Assembly (NCBI GenBank): GCA_964019425.1
Contig: OZ025786.1
Location: 1,240,001 to 1,304,000, forward strand
Direction: 5' to 3'
Length of the DNA: 64,000 nt
Origin: Flectonema sp. DT1601
Lineage: Eukaryota
Notes under the pieces: model-generated
The model's input: only the letters and a program-made list of their open reading frames with translations
What the model was told of the DNA's origin: nothing
The model's database searches: none
Shown here: positions 1 through 12,747 of the stretch, in pieces
Numbering within the stretch: the first letter of the stretch is position 1
How the letters are laid out: each line of letters begins with the position of its first letter
Program-made: the position numbers and the translations under genes

Positions 1-46
1 CAACAAGCAAACAGATAAACGCGCAGATGGTGCTGGCCGATGGGCG

Positions 47-79
<33 letters not shown>

Positions 80-824
80 CAAAAAAAAATATATTTGAAG
101 AGGGGAAAAGAGCACAACGAGGATGCTATAATTATTTATTCCTTGGAAAAATACAAAAAAAAAAAAAAAATACAAAAAAAATATTATCACGTGTGAAAGT
201 TGAATCGCTTCATCTCTCCGTGATGGAATCGACACAGGCAACGTCTCTTTTCATATTTGTTTTTTTTTTTTTTTTTTTTTTTTCTTGTCTCCGTCTCTCC
301 TCCCGAATAGTCACAGGCGAATTACTTTACTCGCCTACTTATTTTTCAAACAACAAAGGGAAAACCAACAACGTCATGTTTTTTTTAAATTTTTAAATTA
401 TTTTTTTTGTTCTGTTTCCTGTCGCTTTTGTTTCCCTTCGTAAGCGCATAAACGTTAAAAAAAGAAGGGGGAAAAAAAAAAAAAAAAGAGAAAAAAAAAA
501 AAAAGAACTATCGCAACAGTACCCTCTTGTCACCCAGTTTCTTGTTCGGTGATAAGAAGACGAAGGGAAAGAAGAAAGGAACAATCTGTGAAAGCAAACA
601 GAGTAATCTATTTTTTTTTTTTTATTTTTTTTTTTTTTTTAAATTTCCTCTGTCCAGGCGGATCCACGGGTCCTATTTTCTCTGGAAATATACGATTATT
701 TTTTTTTATTATGTTGCGTGGTTCAAAAAGAATAATCATACCATGTTATATAATTTGGTTTTTTTTTTTATTTATTAAAACAACAAATGCAAATCAGTAT
801 TTTGTTTTGCTTGTCTTCCTTTAC

Positions 825-861
<37 letters not shown>

Positions 862-1528
862 TTTTTGTTGCTTTTTGTTGCTTACAAGAAAAACAACGAA
901 AAAAAAAAAAAGAAAAAAAAAATTTACTCGCACAAAGTGGGGGGAAAAAACTGCGAATAGAGGAATAGCGTATTTTCAAGTTTTTCAAGAGGAGGATGCA
1001 AACTGAATAATGTTTTCTATTACATAATAAAATTGAGTGACTTAGTAAAAGCCTCGTTGTTGCTCATTTCATTTTTGTTTTTTTTTTTTTTTTTTTTTTT
1101 TTTTTCTTTCCGTATCACGCATATTAAAAAAAAAGAATGAAGGAATACACAACTTAAAAGAAGAATGAAAAAAAATTCTCCCTTTTTTTCTCCTGAAGAG
1201 AATTCTGGCAGGCTCCAAAATTAGTAGCAATGCCCCGTTTTTTTTTTTTTTTTTTTTTGTTTTTTTTTTTTTATAATTATAATTCATTGTAATTAAAAAA
1301 AGGAAGTGCTAATTTTTTTTTTTTTTTTTTTTTTGTAAATTAAAACAAAAATAAAATAAAAAAATTAAAAAAAATGATTCTTAAATGTACCTCTTATACT
1401 GGGGAGCATGTCGCGGCAACGCTTTGGTAGACTTATTTTTTCCGTCGATGCCAACACCCTTATGGTCTTCCTTCGCAGATCGACGACATGTACCGAATCA
1501 CAATACCAACCACTAGGTGTAGCTACGC

Positions 1529-3234
1529 TTAGACATACTGCTCTGCGAATGTATCTGGGTAGAGGCTGGTTGGTTGTGGAATCCTGTTTTTTGTTTTGAT
1601 TTAAAAAAATATTGGAGAATTCTCCGTTGCCTACATCTAAATATTTAGATTAAACCTTAATACTTTTGTTGATTTCAGACAGTTATAATGTAAAAAAACA
1701 GCAACAATTTTTTAGGTATTTAAACACAATTAATATCAAGTACTTGACTGAAAATATACTTGTAGTTGTTAATCAAAGAAAAGGTACGTTTAGAGAAAAG
1801 AATAAAAAAAAAAAAAATTGTCTTATGGAACGTGGGGAAAACAGATAACACTCGACATCACAAGTAACGGTTCTTAATCTGAATAGTTTTTTTCAAAAAA
1901 AAAAAAACAGAAAAATGAAAAATGAAAAAGATAAAAATAAAAATCTCACACCACAATGAAGGATCAGGTTTTCTAGTGTTTTCCGTCGTTATTTCAGTTC
2001 TTTGCAGCTGTTGTTGTGGCTGTGGCTGTTGTTGTGGCTGTGCAGACAGCTCTCGCAATTGCAAAGCAGGCTGATAGTACATAGCTGGTTTGCATCTGGC
2101 TTGAGCAGGAAGTACATCAAGCGGAACAGGACCTTCCTCTGTAACTAACGGGATTCCATAAGTTTCTATCCGCATAGCATTCACTACACCGAGTGCTGGA
2201 GCCGTCGTAGCAGCTGCAGCCGCAGCAGCTTGAAAGTCTTGTTGCGCTACTTGTGGAGCAGCAGTGACTTGAGTCTGAGCTGTCGTTGCCTCTTCTGGTC
2301 TAAAATGACCAGGAGCACCCGGCATTGTTGGGTTCTGTAGTGTTATGAGACTCGGATTAGGAGCGTTAACAAAAAACGCATAAAACTCTCTACAGATGTG
2401 AAGATTATGACACTGACCTTCAAAGGGACACTTACCCTCAAGGAACATTCGACAAGCTCTGTTTGCGTTGAAGACTAAAAGAGTTGAGTTGGCAGGGGTC
2501 AATTCTTTTAGTCCTCTACTCTCTAATATTCTATCAACAGGAAGAGCACATCTCTGCCCAAGTCTGTTTACCATAAAGACTCTACCTCTGAAAGTAATCC
2601 CTGTCTGCTCACTGTGAATTGGACAGCATGGTCTTGGTCTTTTTAAGAATTGTAAGAAATCACTTTGAACATGAATGTGTGGACACTGCGATGGACCTTC
2701 TGGAACACAGCAATTTCTACCAGACAGCAGACCTGGACAGATTTGGAAGTTATTTGAAAAAGAAGACTGCTGGGCGTGGTATGCAGCTCTTCCCGGAGAA
2801 TCAATCGTTTTAATGTGAGGAATGATAACTTTTGATATCGGGTTTGAAGGATCTGTGACGATAACCTCAAGTGATCTCTGGTCTGTGTATGGCTCTTCTG
2901 CGTCAGCAGCTCCATGGGTATTTCTTTTTTCTTTAACAAAAGTTCTACTTGTGTGAATTTGATTACACCTCGCAAAACTTTTACACTTTTCCTTCTGATA
3001 CAACATACATAAATAACTTTCTCTCCTCTTTGGATTGTTTTTATTCATAAAATAAGTCCGTAGTCCGTTTGTATTTTCCATCATCTGCATTGGAATTTGT
3101 AATTTTTCTTTTGTCGCAGGATCCACAATCTCAGCGAACGTTTCTTCAGTTACCCAGTCAGGAAATTTTCCGTTTTGTAGTGCGAACATAACGTCGGTGT
3201 CATTCTGCTGAGCGTCTCCGCTGTTGTTTTCCAT
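1529..3234 (-). CDS. Multi-CCCH zinc-finger (RNA-binding) protein; exons 1952-3234 and 1529-1583
   Basis: CCCH-like motifs CMLYQKEKCKSFARCNQIH, CRMFLEGKCPFEGQCHNLH and CPGLL..CPHIH, with a Q/A-rich tail. Start placed at MENNSG after an A-tract. The ORF runs into a T-rich tract; a GT..CAG intron at 1584-1951 gives the ending W-IPQPTSLYPDTFAEQYV*. Confidence 0.7.
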
Positions 3235-4893
3235 TTTTTTAATTTTTTTTTTTTTTAAAACTTGATGATGATGATGTGTTTTTTTTTTTTTTTTTTTTCC
3301 CTTCTTTTTTTTTCTTCTTCTGGAATATAAGAGTTTTTTGACACTAACTAACGACAAAGAGACAAAATCACAAAAGTTAAGTCGAATCCATCCATTTGAT
3401 CTCCTGTTCGGGTACTTCCTGTTGAAGGATAAAATAAATGTTAACAAATCACTTGCATAGAGCCACCTGGAAAGGAAAAACTAAAAAAAATAAAGTGGCT
3501 TTAATCCACCGTGCTTCGATTTTGCTTGGACAGGTAAGCGAGACAGGGTACACTTTGCACAAAGTATTTTTCTTCTTTTTTTTCTTTTTTTTTCTTTTTC
3601 TTTGTTCCATTTCGTTACTTTTTTTTTTTTTCCTCTTGCTGCGATTAAAAAAAAAAAAAATAAAAAATAAAAAATTGAAAAAACAAAAACCACTCAGATT
3701 AGCCTTAATTTCGTTGAACGCAGACAGAATCCTGTCGCACGGGGGAAAATAAATCATGACCATAAGAAATAACGGCTTTCAATCTGAATAGTTTCTTCTC
3801 CGACTACGTCGGTACAACAAACAAACAGACAAACAAACAAACAAAATATTCTCAGGAAAAGAAGAAGACGGAGAACAAACAACGATTTTTTTTTTTTCTT
3901 TTCCTTTCTTTTTTTTTTTTCTTTTTTCTTTCCCCTTGCGTTCTGTTGAGAACAGCTTCAACAATAAAAACTTATCTTTTCAAATTGCACACAGTCATAA
4001 GTAAGGATAGCACTGTAAATTGAAATACAAAGCAGGGATTGTGTTGCGGGTATGGAACACTACAAAACAGATCATCTTGAAGAAAAACTTTCCTCTTCAA
4101 AAAGAAATCATTCAGAAAAAAAAAAACAACAGACCTGGCAGTAGGGAGAAGACTGAAAAATTCTTTTCTACTCATCAACCCCTTTAAAAAAAAAAAAAAA
4201 AAAAAAAGATAATATGAACAAAAGCAATTGAGGCAAACATTATTATCATTTTTTTTTTTTTGAAGAAAAAAAAAAAAATCCCCCGAATCCAACATAAAAA
4301 AGCTTTCCGACTGTAGAGCTTATTCACATCTCTCAAGAAGAAAAACCGCCGACGTTTGGACACATGCGAGAGCACAGAACACCTCCTTATTACTATAGCG
4401 TTCTCAGAAACCTTTACGTTGGTTGACTAGCAGTTGTTCCCTATTTTTTTTTTTTTTTTTTTTCTCTCTTTTTTTTTTTTTTGTTTTGTTTTGCTCATTG
4501 TGCGCTATGGTTTGCGCGATGAGGGGGAAAAAAAAAAAAAGTGGCAATCGCATAGGGTTGTATTTTCGGGATGCAAAAAAAAAAAAAAAAAAAAGGTTGC
4601 AAGATATGATTCTAAATGCCCTCTAAGAAACCATTTTTTACTGACGGGATGAAGGTCCCGAGGGCAACCATTGTAGATATAACAACTTAACAACAAAAAT
4701 AAGAAAAGAAAACTCCCGACTGCTACATCAACCATAGTGGAATCAAAAATAAAAGCAAAGAGGGGAGACGAGAAAAGAGGCAAACTGGATTTGGGTTAAA
4801 AATAATAATGAAAAATAAAATAAGAATTCCCCACTTGCTTCAATAAAGAAAGTGGGATTTTTGCCAAATCTAAGTTCGGGTTACTCACTTACA

Positions 4894-4924
<31 letters not shown>

Positions 4925-5237
4925 CCAAGTGTTTCTGTACTACTGTGTCCTTCCACTTTCTCCCTCTGCTACTTTTGGCAAAGAAAAAAAATATATAAAA
5001 ACAAAATAAGGAGGGGGGTTTTCTTTTTTTTTTCTTAAACTGTTTTTGAGCATATTTATAAATTATATAAATACATTAGATTGTATCAAAAGGTTAACTA
5101 ACATAAACAATCAGTTATCTATGAGACAGTAAAATAAGGGCTGGATGGGGGCTGGGTGTAAAAAAAAAATTAGTACATCACTGACCGTTCTGGCTGAAAA
5201 TGACATCAAAGACAAACGCGTGTGTGTATTATAATAA

Positions 5238-6697
5238 TTACTTTTCCTGGAAAATAAGCTGCTCAATCAACGGGGTTATTTGAAGTGCCTGTTTGTTTTT
5301 TTTTTTTTTGTAAAAAAAATTTTTTTTTTTTTTGTTCCACCGAAACGATAGGTTCATACCTGAGGTCCCAGTACACATTGCAGCCTCTTGAGTAACTCAG
5401 TGTCCTCTCCTTCTGCATGGTCGAATGAATTATAAATATCAATACACATTCTGAGCTTTTCAGGTCCTACTCTTTGATGGAGGAGTTCTTGAAGCTGATT
5501 TTTAGTAGCGACTGGAGCCTTGTCAGTGACAAGACCTCCACCTTCTTGATCATGAGCAACTGCTGCTAGTTTGACCATGTCAGCACAGTCTGAGATAGTT
5601 TTCTCAAAGTTTGGTCTGCACGCCTGAGAACTAACCGGCTTTGGACTACTCGCCTTCGGTGATCCAGCTTCCTGATTTCTCTTCAAGTCCTGCATGTATT
5701 CTGGAGGGGGTGCAGTAACCATCGCTGCAATATTATTTTTGTTCATCTTCCCTAACTTCATACTTGCCTGCGGTGGTGCAGGTGCCGGAGCGGTTGGAGT
5801 CGGAGAAGGCTTTGCTGGCTGCTTATGCTGTTTTGCTAAGTTTGCCTGTGCTGCTTCTTTTTCACGAATAGCCCTGGCGAAATTTTTTAAATTCCGTTGC
5901 ATATATGGAGATGACATTATCGTGGGAATGTTTGGTCTTTGAGAAGGATCTAAATTTAAAAGAGATCTGGTGAGCTCTCTCAACTCCTCACTGTGACCCA
6001 GCTTATCATTTATTGGATGGTAGACTCCTGTTGCAATCACTTGCATGAGTGATTTTATGTCCTTTGCTTGAAAAGGCTTTGTTAGCATAATCAACTCGTA
6101 TAACATCACACCAAGACTCCAAACGTCACATTTGCTGCTGTATGGTTCATTGCGACACATTTCTGGTGAGAAGTAGTAAGGAGTTCCACAGACAGTGTTT
6201 GCTAACCCGACTGTTCCAAGCTGCTTCGAAACACCAAAGTCTCCCAGCTTTACTACATCAGATGATGTTAGAAAGACGTTCATCGTCTTCAGATCACGAT
6301 GAAGAATGTGTTTTTTATGAAGATGCTTTAAGGCCAAACAAACTTGAATAAAATAAGTTAAAATTTGTTCTTCTGAAAACGGTTTTCTCAATTCTCGTTT
6401 TTGTTTTTTTATTTTCGTCGCCAAGTCTCCTCCATCAGCATACTCCATAATGATGTAAATTTTATTTACGTGTTCGAAACTTTCGATAAATTTTGTGATG
6501 TTTGGATGGTCAAGTTGAGCCAGTACAGCTACTTCATTTCTTGACCCGTCAATATCTCTTTTGCTCATATTCGCCATGTCAATCTCCTTCGCAACAAAAG
6601 CAACAGAACTACTTTGATGCCTCACCAACAAGGCCTGACCAAAGGCACCTTTTCCAACAACTTTCAGCACTTCGTATCCTCGGGTTTCGAGTGCCAT
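5238..6697 (-). CDS. NIMA-related (NEK) Ser/Thr kinase; intron 5289-5359
   Basis: GKGAFG, VAKEI, HRDLKTMN, DFG and GTPYYFSPE motifs. Splicing CAG|GTATGA..AAACAG adds ALQITPLIEQLIFQEK*. Confidence 0.92.
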
Positions 6698-7122
6698 TCT
6701 TCTTCTTTTTTTTTTCTTTTTTTTTGTATTTCTGGAGGGGAAAAAATATATAAAACAATAAAACATCAGTAGTACATTAATCAACATCGTTTTTGGTTTT
6801 ATTTATTTTTTTTCTTGTTTTTTTTTTTTTGTTTTGTGGAGCAATCAGCGGTACAAAATCCTAATAAAGTGAAAATAAGTTAAGTCACCTTGACACAATT
6901 CTCACTTCTACCACGAATAGGTTTTATGGGTATCAACTAATTTTTTTTTTTTTTTTTGGGATCGGATAGGAGATGACCCAAAAGATTCAATTTTGGTAGT
7001 TAGAAACGGAAGAACGGAATTTAAAAAAAAAGAGAAAGAAAAAAAACTTGAAACAGTATTGAAAGATTCAATGCATCAATCTCTTTAGTGGGGTACATCT
7101 AATCATCTAATGAGATACTTGC

Positions 7123-7611
7123 CTACCAATCCTCGTCAATACATTCCCAAACTGTGTTACCAGATTTCGTTGGAGCTGATGGTACAGCAGGTATACTTCC
7201 AACATAGATCTTCTTTTCATATCTGTTTGTTGCTCTCTGGAATAAATCACCACCCATAGAATGATCCAGGGGTTTCTTCGCATCAGGTGCTGTACCGTAT
7301 ATTTGATTTGCTTTTTCATTTCCAATTTTCTTCATTACAGAAACTTCATCTGGACACCATTTATATGTACCCATACATGATTTTACTTTTGAGATGTGCG
7401 CACCTAGTGCTCTGTGAACCTGAGCACATTTTGTACAAAAAAAAACACCTAAAGAAACACTTGCCCATGATGTAGGTGTTGCATTGCATTCAGAGCATCT
7501 GTTATTGTTTCCTTGTTTTTTAATTGTATTTATTTCAGATAATAAAGATGCTTCATCGATTTCTGAGCATCTGTATGTCTTTCCCAACTTACTAATAATT
7601 ACGTCAGACAT
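7123..7611 (-). CDS. ArfGAP-domain protein
   Basis: CSEC-x16-CTKC zinc finger with WASVSLGVF, HRALGAHISKVKS and GNEKAN. Confidence 0.92.
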   Translation of the reverse strand: MSDVIISKLGKTYRCSEIDEASLLSEINTIKKQGNNNRCSECNATPTSWASVSLGVFFCTKCAQVHRALGAHISKVKSCMGTYKWCPDEVSVMKKIGNEKANQIYGTAPDAKKPLDHSMGGDLFQRATNRYEKKIYVGSIPAVPSAPTKSGNTVWECIDEDW

Positions 7612-7691
7612 TTTTTTTTTTTTTTTTTTTTTTTTGTTAAAAAAAAACTGATTAAAGAGATTCATATATTGCTAAGGAAAATTATTTACGA

Positions 7692-7786
7692 ACGAAACCG
7701 TGAACCGACTTAAACTAATATAGCTAAAGGAGGTTTACGTTTGCTGCCTCAACACTCTTTTTCGTTCTTACAATACTTGTTAATGC
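7692..7786. repeat. ~95-bp dispersed repeat, copy 1 (intergenic)
   Basis: Near-identical to 49004-49098 (acgaaaccgtgaaccgacttaaact...cgttcttacaatacttgttaa). Confidence 0.9.
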
Positions 7787-8497
7787 GAAAAAAAGAAGAA
7801 AAAAAAAGAAAGAAAGAATGGAAAAGAAAAAAAAAAAGGCAATGCTTTGTCAGTTATTTTCGCATTGTTGTTTTTTTTCTTTTTTTCCAATGCAATTCAC
7901 ACTTTTTTAATTTTATAAAAAAATAAAAAAAAATAAAAACGCAATCAACGATATAGTTCGTAAAAAAAGAGGAGCACGGAGTGAGATTATTTATCATCCA
8001 AAAAAGAAAACAAATTTATTTATTATCTTCGATGAATGAAGATGATTGTTTTTTTTTTTTAACAACGTGGCCAGTACTTGCCTCTACATGTAAGTTAAGT
8101 CTGTCTTTTTTTAAAAAAAATGATAATAATAATAATAATAAGAGGATCACCCAACTTCTTTTTTTAACGGCAGCACCGTTTTCTTTCTTCCGTTTTCAAC
8201 TTCCCTGCGTGAAACACTTTCTATTTTATTTTTTTATTTTTTTCCCCTTTGAAGATTAGATTTTCGTTCGACACATAAAGGAAGAAGAAGAAGAAGAAGA
8301 AGAAGAATCACAATAAAGACGGACATTACATGGCAGCAAAGCAGCAGCACGCTTAGATGAGCACCCATAATTGAAAAAGAAAAGGGAAAAAAAAAAATAG
8401 ACATGTTTTTTTTTACGTTAGCGATCGAAATACAAATTAAAAATAATTTTGTGTTATTTCTCGAAATATATAAATTCAAAAGGAAAAAAAAGGAGGA

Positions 8498-8530
<33 letters not shown>

Positions 8531-8619
8531 ATTCAGATCAGCCTTATATTGTTTGAACACAGGCAGAAATTTGTCGTTACGGCTTTCTGACTACGTCGGT
8601 ACAAAAAAGAAAAGAAAAA

Positions 8620-10926
8620 TTAGTTCTGATCTAAAACAAGTGGTGCATACTTAGCAAACAAATCCCGTGCAATGACAACGGTATCTCCAACAGGTTGAGT
8701 TGGATACTCAAATCCAGATGATCTCCAGCTGTCATACCAATTAATAAGAGCAACATGATAGGCTGTAATATCAAATGGTACTTTTGATTTCAATCCAGAC
8801 ACAATATAACTAATGTAGAACTGCCACCTACCACCGTAATATGATGATAACAACCCTCCCCATTGTTTGTTTGCATAGTCCATGAGACCTGGTAGCTGAT
8901 TGATTGGACCAGTTGCATTAGAAGCTGAAGGTTGCGGGTATTCCCAAACTGTCACTTGAGTTATGGCATTCCATCTCATTAGTGCAGTTGTGTTAGTATC
9001 AGTTCCCCATGCTTCTGCTGATTGGATCCAAGTTCCAAATAAAAACGATTCCACCGATGACAACACCAAGTCCATGTCATTGGCCAAATCAGTTAGTTTC
9101 TTTCCCTCTGACACAATTGCGTTTACGTCGCCTGAGTCAACAGCAGCTGCTAATTTCTTATAAACCACACTCGAATACTTTGCTAAAACTTGTCTACTCA
9201 CATCTGCTAAATCATGCTTGTAGGTTTCTGGGATCGGATTAAAGTCGTTTGCGGATGAGATTAAATTTCCCCAAGCAGCGCAAAAGATTGATTCATTGTA
9301 CCAATGAGAACCTTGAAGTTTATCCCAACCAGTTCCATTGGCAACAGCGGTGATGGTATCCTTTGATGCCATTAGATTGTAGTTGGAATAGCTGTAAACA
9401 GTATCACCAATGACATTCCATGCAGCTGTTGCGTTTGATGAGTATGATCCGTACCTTCTTGTGGCATAGTCAGATACCCATTTTGAAGTTGAAAAGTTAG
9501 AAGTTCTGTATCCCATCTCATTCATCATTTCATAAAGCATTGCATTCTGATTAATTCCTTCCATTGTCAACCCAGTTCCAACAATTGTAGAATTAGTATT
9601 CTTCGCGTCAACAGGTCCATTTGAAATCGATTTCATGTCTCCCCACATTCCATCATTTCCACCAAAATCGTGTAACATACACCAAATAAATGGTGCTCCA
9701 TAATAGCTTTGTGTCTTTTTATATAAAGGTGATTCCTCAGCCATGAGGTCAAGAAGGATGAGTTTTCCAGTTGGGATGGCAGAGATCCATCCCTTGACGT
9801 ATGATTGATGTAAGCCGAGTAACCAAGACCATGTTTGGTATATCCATATTGCGTCTGGATCAGTTCTGGTCATGCCTGCGTACGCGGCTTTACTGTGAGC
9901 GTATGCGTTAGGATCAATATCAATATCGTCACCACTCTTCTCAGAAGGTAATTCAGTCTGTTCACTGTACCAAGGTGCTGCAACTGGACTGAATGTTCCA
10001 TCAGCTGCGTACATGTGATCGGTTCCAAAGTTTTCTATCAAAGTAGTCATAAAAAGATCAGCCGCTTTGTCAAAGACTGGATCAAGAGCATCTACCCAAG
10101 GAGAGCATGCATACTTTGATCTAACTGGGTTATTACAATTACCAACTCTGCTGATATTTGCAGTTGGATACAAAGACATCATAGCTAGTGGAACATTACC
10201 TTGAAAGGCAGGTAAGACAGGTTTCATTCCAAATGATCTCATGCGGGCTAAGATCTTTTTTTGAAGATCGAACTGTCCGTCAATCCAGTCCTGCGGAAGT
10301 GGTCCTCCCCATCGCATGAGTCCTTGTCCACGTGCCCATGCTAGGAATGCTGGACCTCCAAAGAATTCACCCAACTGTTCGTCTGATACTCCAAGTTTGT
10401 TATAAACCATTTGATAAATCTTTTCCTGACCAGTGTATGCGAGTGGAAGGTTTATTCCTTGCATGGCCATCCAATCAATTTCTCTCATCCAATCTCTTTC
10501 CTGATACCAAACAAAAGAATAACTAAAAGTACACACATTAGCATAGTAGCTATATTTATGTTCGCGATTTTGAAAAAAAGTTTCAGTTGGAATCGGGATG
10601 GATGAGTCGTTTATGAAACTAATTTGATTTCCTCCAGTCCTTGGCCAGGATATGACCGACTTCGCAGTGTATTTTAAATAATGGTGGAAAGCCATTGATA
10701 ACTCTATTGCGGTGGTTCCTTTTAAGAATACTCTTCCATCATGCGGTTCGTACTCAAAACAATTATCGTAACCAGTACCGCAATCACTAGAACTTAGAAG
10801 AGAAAGCTCAAAGTAAGTTGAAAATCTCTCAGGGATAGTTCTTTTTATCAATCCTTGCACTGCAGAGATTTCATCACCAGCTGCCGATGCCACTGAAAGC
10901 AGCAGCAGTGAAAGCATTTTCTTCAT
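8620..10926 (-). CDS. NAGLU: Alpha-N-acetylglucosaminidase (GH89), secreted/lysosomal
   Basis: Signal peptide MKKMLSLLLLSVASAAG. GH89 motifs YYANVCTFSYS, WMREIDWMAMQGIN, GPAFLAWAR, LHDFGG, GLTMEGINQN and DYANKQWGGL. Confidence 0.95.
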   Translation of the reverse strand: MKKMLSLLLLSVASAAGDEISAVQGLIKRTIPERFSTYFELSLLSSSDCGTGYDNCFEYEPHDGRVFLKGTTAIELSMAFHHYLKYTAKSVISWPRTGGNQISFINDSSIPIPTETFFQNREHKYSYYANVCTFSYSFVWYQERDWMREIDWMAMQGINLPLAYTGQEKIYQMVYNKLGVSDEQLGEFFGGPAFLAWARGQGLMRWGGPLPQDWIDGQFDLQKKILARMRSFGMKPVLPAFQGNVPLAMMSLYPTANISRVGNCNNPVRSKYACSPWVDALDPVFDKAADLFMTTLIENFGTDHMYAADGTFSPVAAPWYSEQTELPSEKSGDDIDIDPNAYAHSKAAYAGMTRTDPDAIWIYQTWSWLLGLHQSYVKGWISAIPTGKLILLDLMAEESPLYKKTQSYYGAPFIWCMLHDFGGNDGMWGDMKSISNGPVDAKNTNSTIVGTGLTMEGINQNAMLYEMMNEMGYRTSNFSTSKWVSDYATRRYGSYSSNATAAWNVIGDTVYSYSNYNLMASKDTITAVANGTGWDKLQGSHWYNESIFCAAWGNLISSANDFNPIPETYKHDLADVSRQVLAKYSSVVYKKLAAAVDSGDVNAIVSEGKKLTDLANDMDLVLSSVESFLFGTWIQSAEAWGTDTNTTALMRWNAITQVTVWEYPQPSASNATGPINQLPGLMDYANKQWGGLLSSYYGGRWQFYISYIVSGLKSKVPFDITAYHVALINWYDSWRSSGFEYPTQPVGDTVVIARDLFAKYAPLVLDQN

Positions 10927-11742
10927 TTTTTTTTTTTTTTTTTTTTTTTTTTTCTTCCCTCTTTTTCCCCTTCTGTGAAAAAAAAATAAAATTTTAGAAA
11001 CCCCCTCACTGACGTAAAGTATATAACCAACTTTTTCGCATATGTATTTTTTGTTTTTATGTAAAAAGAAAGAAGGGGAAGAAAAAAAAATAGTATGAAT
11101 TAAAAGGCAAACATATAACACATTACACGAAAGCCTTTAGCAAAAGGCAACAATAAAACACATCGAGAGCACTAGTACAAATGGGCAGAATATGCTAAGA
11201 GAGGGAGGTAATTGATACTGCATTCTTAAGTTCAAAAAGAATAATAATTTCTTTGATAATTTTGATTGTTAGCGGCAGCGTAGTAAATGACTGCAAATAA
11301 ATAAATAATACCACTGGAGGCTACGTGAACATAGTTGAGCGCCACTTGTCTATGTTATCGTTAGCAGCTATGGAGGGAGGGAATGTTTTTTTTTTTTTTT
11401 GTGTAAATGTCCAGAGACGGAAAATTAGCCAGTCTTTTTTTTTTTTTTTTCTTTTTTTTTTTCAAAAAATAAATACACACAAAGCCCAGACCATATTCTC
11501 CCAGAAGAAGACACAATGATCTAGAATCACAAGACTGAATCCAACGTTTTTGTTCCGCCTCCATTATAATAACAATAGAGACGGTAGTCTAAATGAATTG
11601 TTTTTGGGAAAGGGAATAGCGATAACTATGAACAGCATCAGCAAGGAATTTGGGTCAAAAATATCGAAGACTTGTCTTTTTTATATGAGCAATAAAAAAA
11701 TAAGAAAAGAAAGAAAAAAGGAATTTCCCTTTCCGATTAATT

Positions 11743-11774
<32 letters not shown>

Positions 11775-12747
11775 GTTAGAAAACAAAAAATTAAAAAAAA
11801 AGAGGAGAGGGAATTAAAATGACAAAAAAAAGAAAAATCAGAGAGTCCGAAGACATCACCCATGCTCTTTATTTATTTTTTTTTTTTTTTTTTGTTGTTT
11901 TTTTTTAAAATAAACATTGAAAATATAACGAAATACAAAAGTAATCAAACCAGCGAAACAAAAGAACACGCAGGCAAACGTTCTTCAACCAGTAAGCAAT
12001 CAGCAGTAAAGCAAAACATAAATGGAAGCAGGGGGTATAAAAGCTAAAAAAAAAAAAAAGGTAACATCCAATAACGCTACTGACAATAAAAAAGAGAGGA
12101 ATGACGGAATAAATATTTTACCGATCCAGTGTCCAGGCCACTGGTCCTAAAGAAACACTTTTAATGAAATTCCGTAAAGTCTACAAAAACTGGAGAGAGA
12201 CGGGAGGGGTTTTATGAAAATACCTTCTAATCAAACACAGTTTCCCTTACAGCAAGCAGAATGTACACAAAAAAAAGAAGAAAGGTATCGCGTCATCTCA
12301 GTTCCCTTGAGTGTGAATCAAAATTACGGATCTGTTCTTCTCGTTTTAGATAATACAATAAAACAAAATCACGGAAGTGATGATGAACAATAAAAAAAAA
12401 AGAAAACTAAACAGCAAATCGGATTCGAGTTCAACTTGCCTTTTGATAAACCACAACACTCAAACTAAAGGAGATGAGCAATAAAAAAAAAAATAAAAAA
12501 AGAAACGATTGTAAAACTAATCTATGACCAATACCACAAAGTAGTTGTTTTTTATCTTCTTCTTAACTTTCAGTACGTACTGTTACTAGGGAATTACATG
12601 AACTGTGACTGTGACCCCAGGGGGGTGGATTTTACTAAAGCTACAGACTCTCTCATTGATTCATTTTACACTACTTTGAGTATGTTTGATAGTTCAGTTA
12701 AATCGTTTCTTCTTTTCTTTTTTTTGCAATTATTGACAACATTTTAT

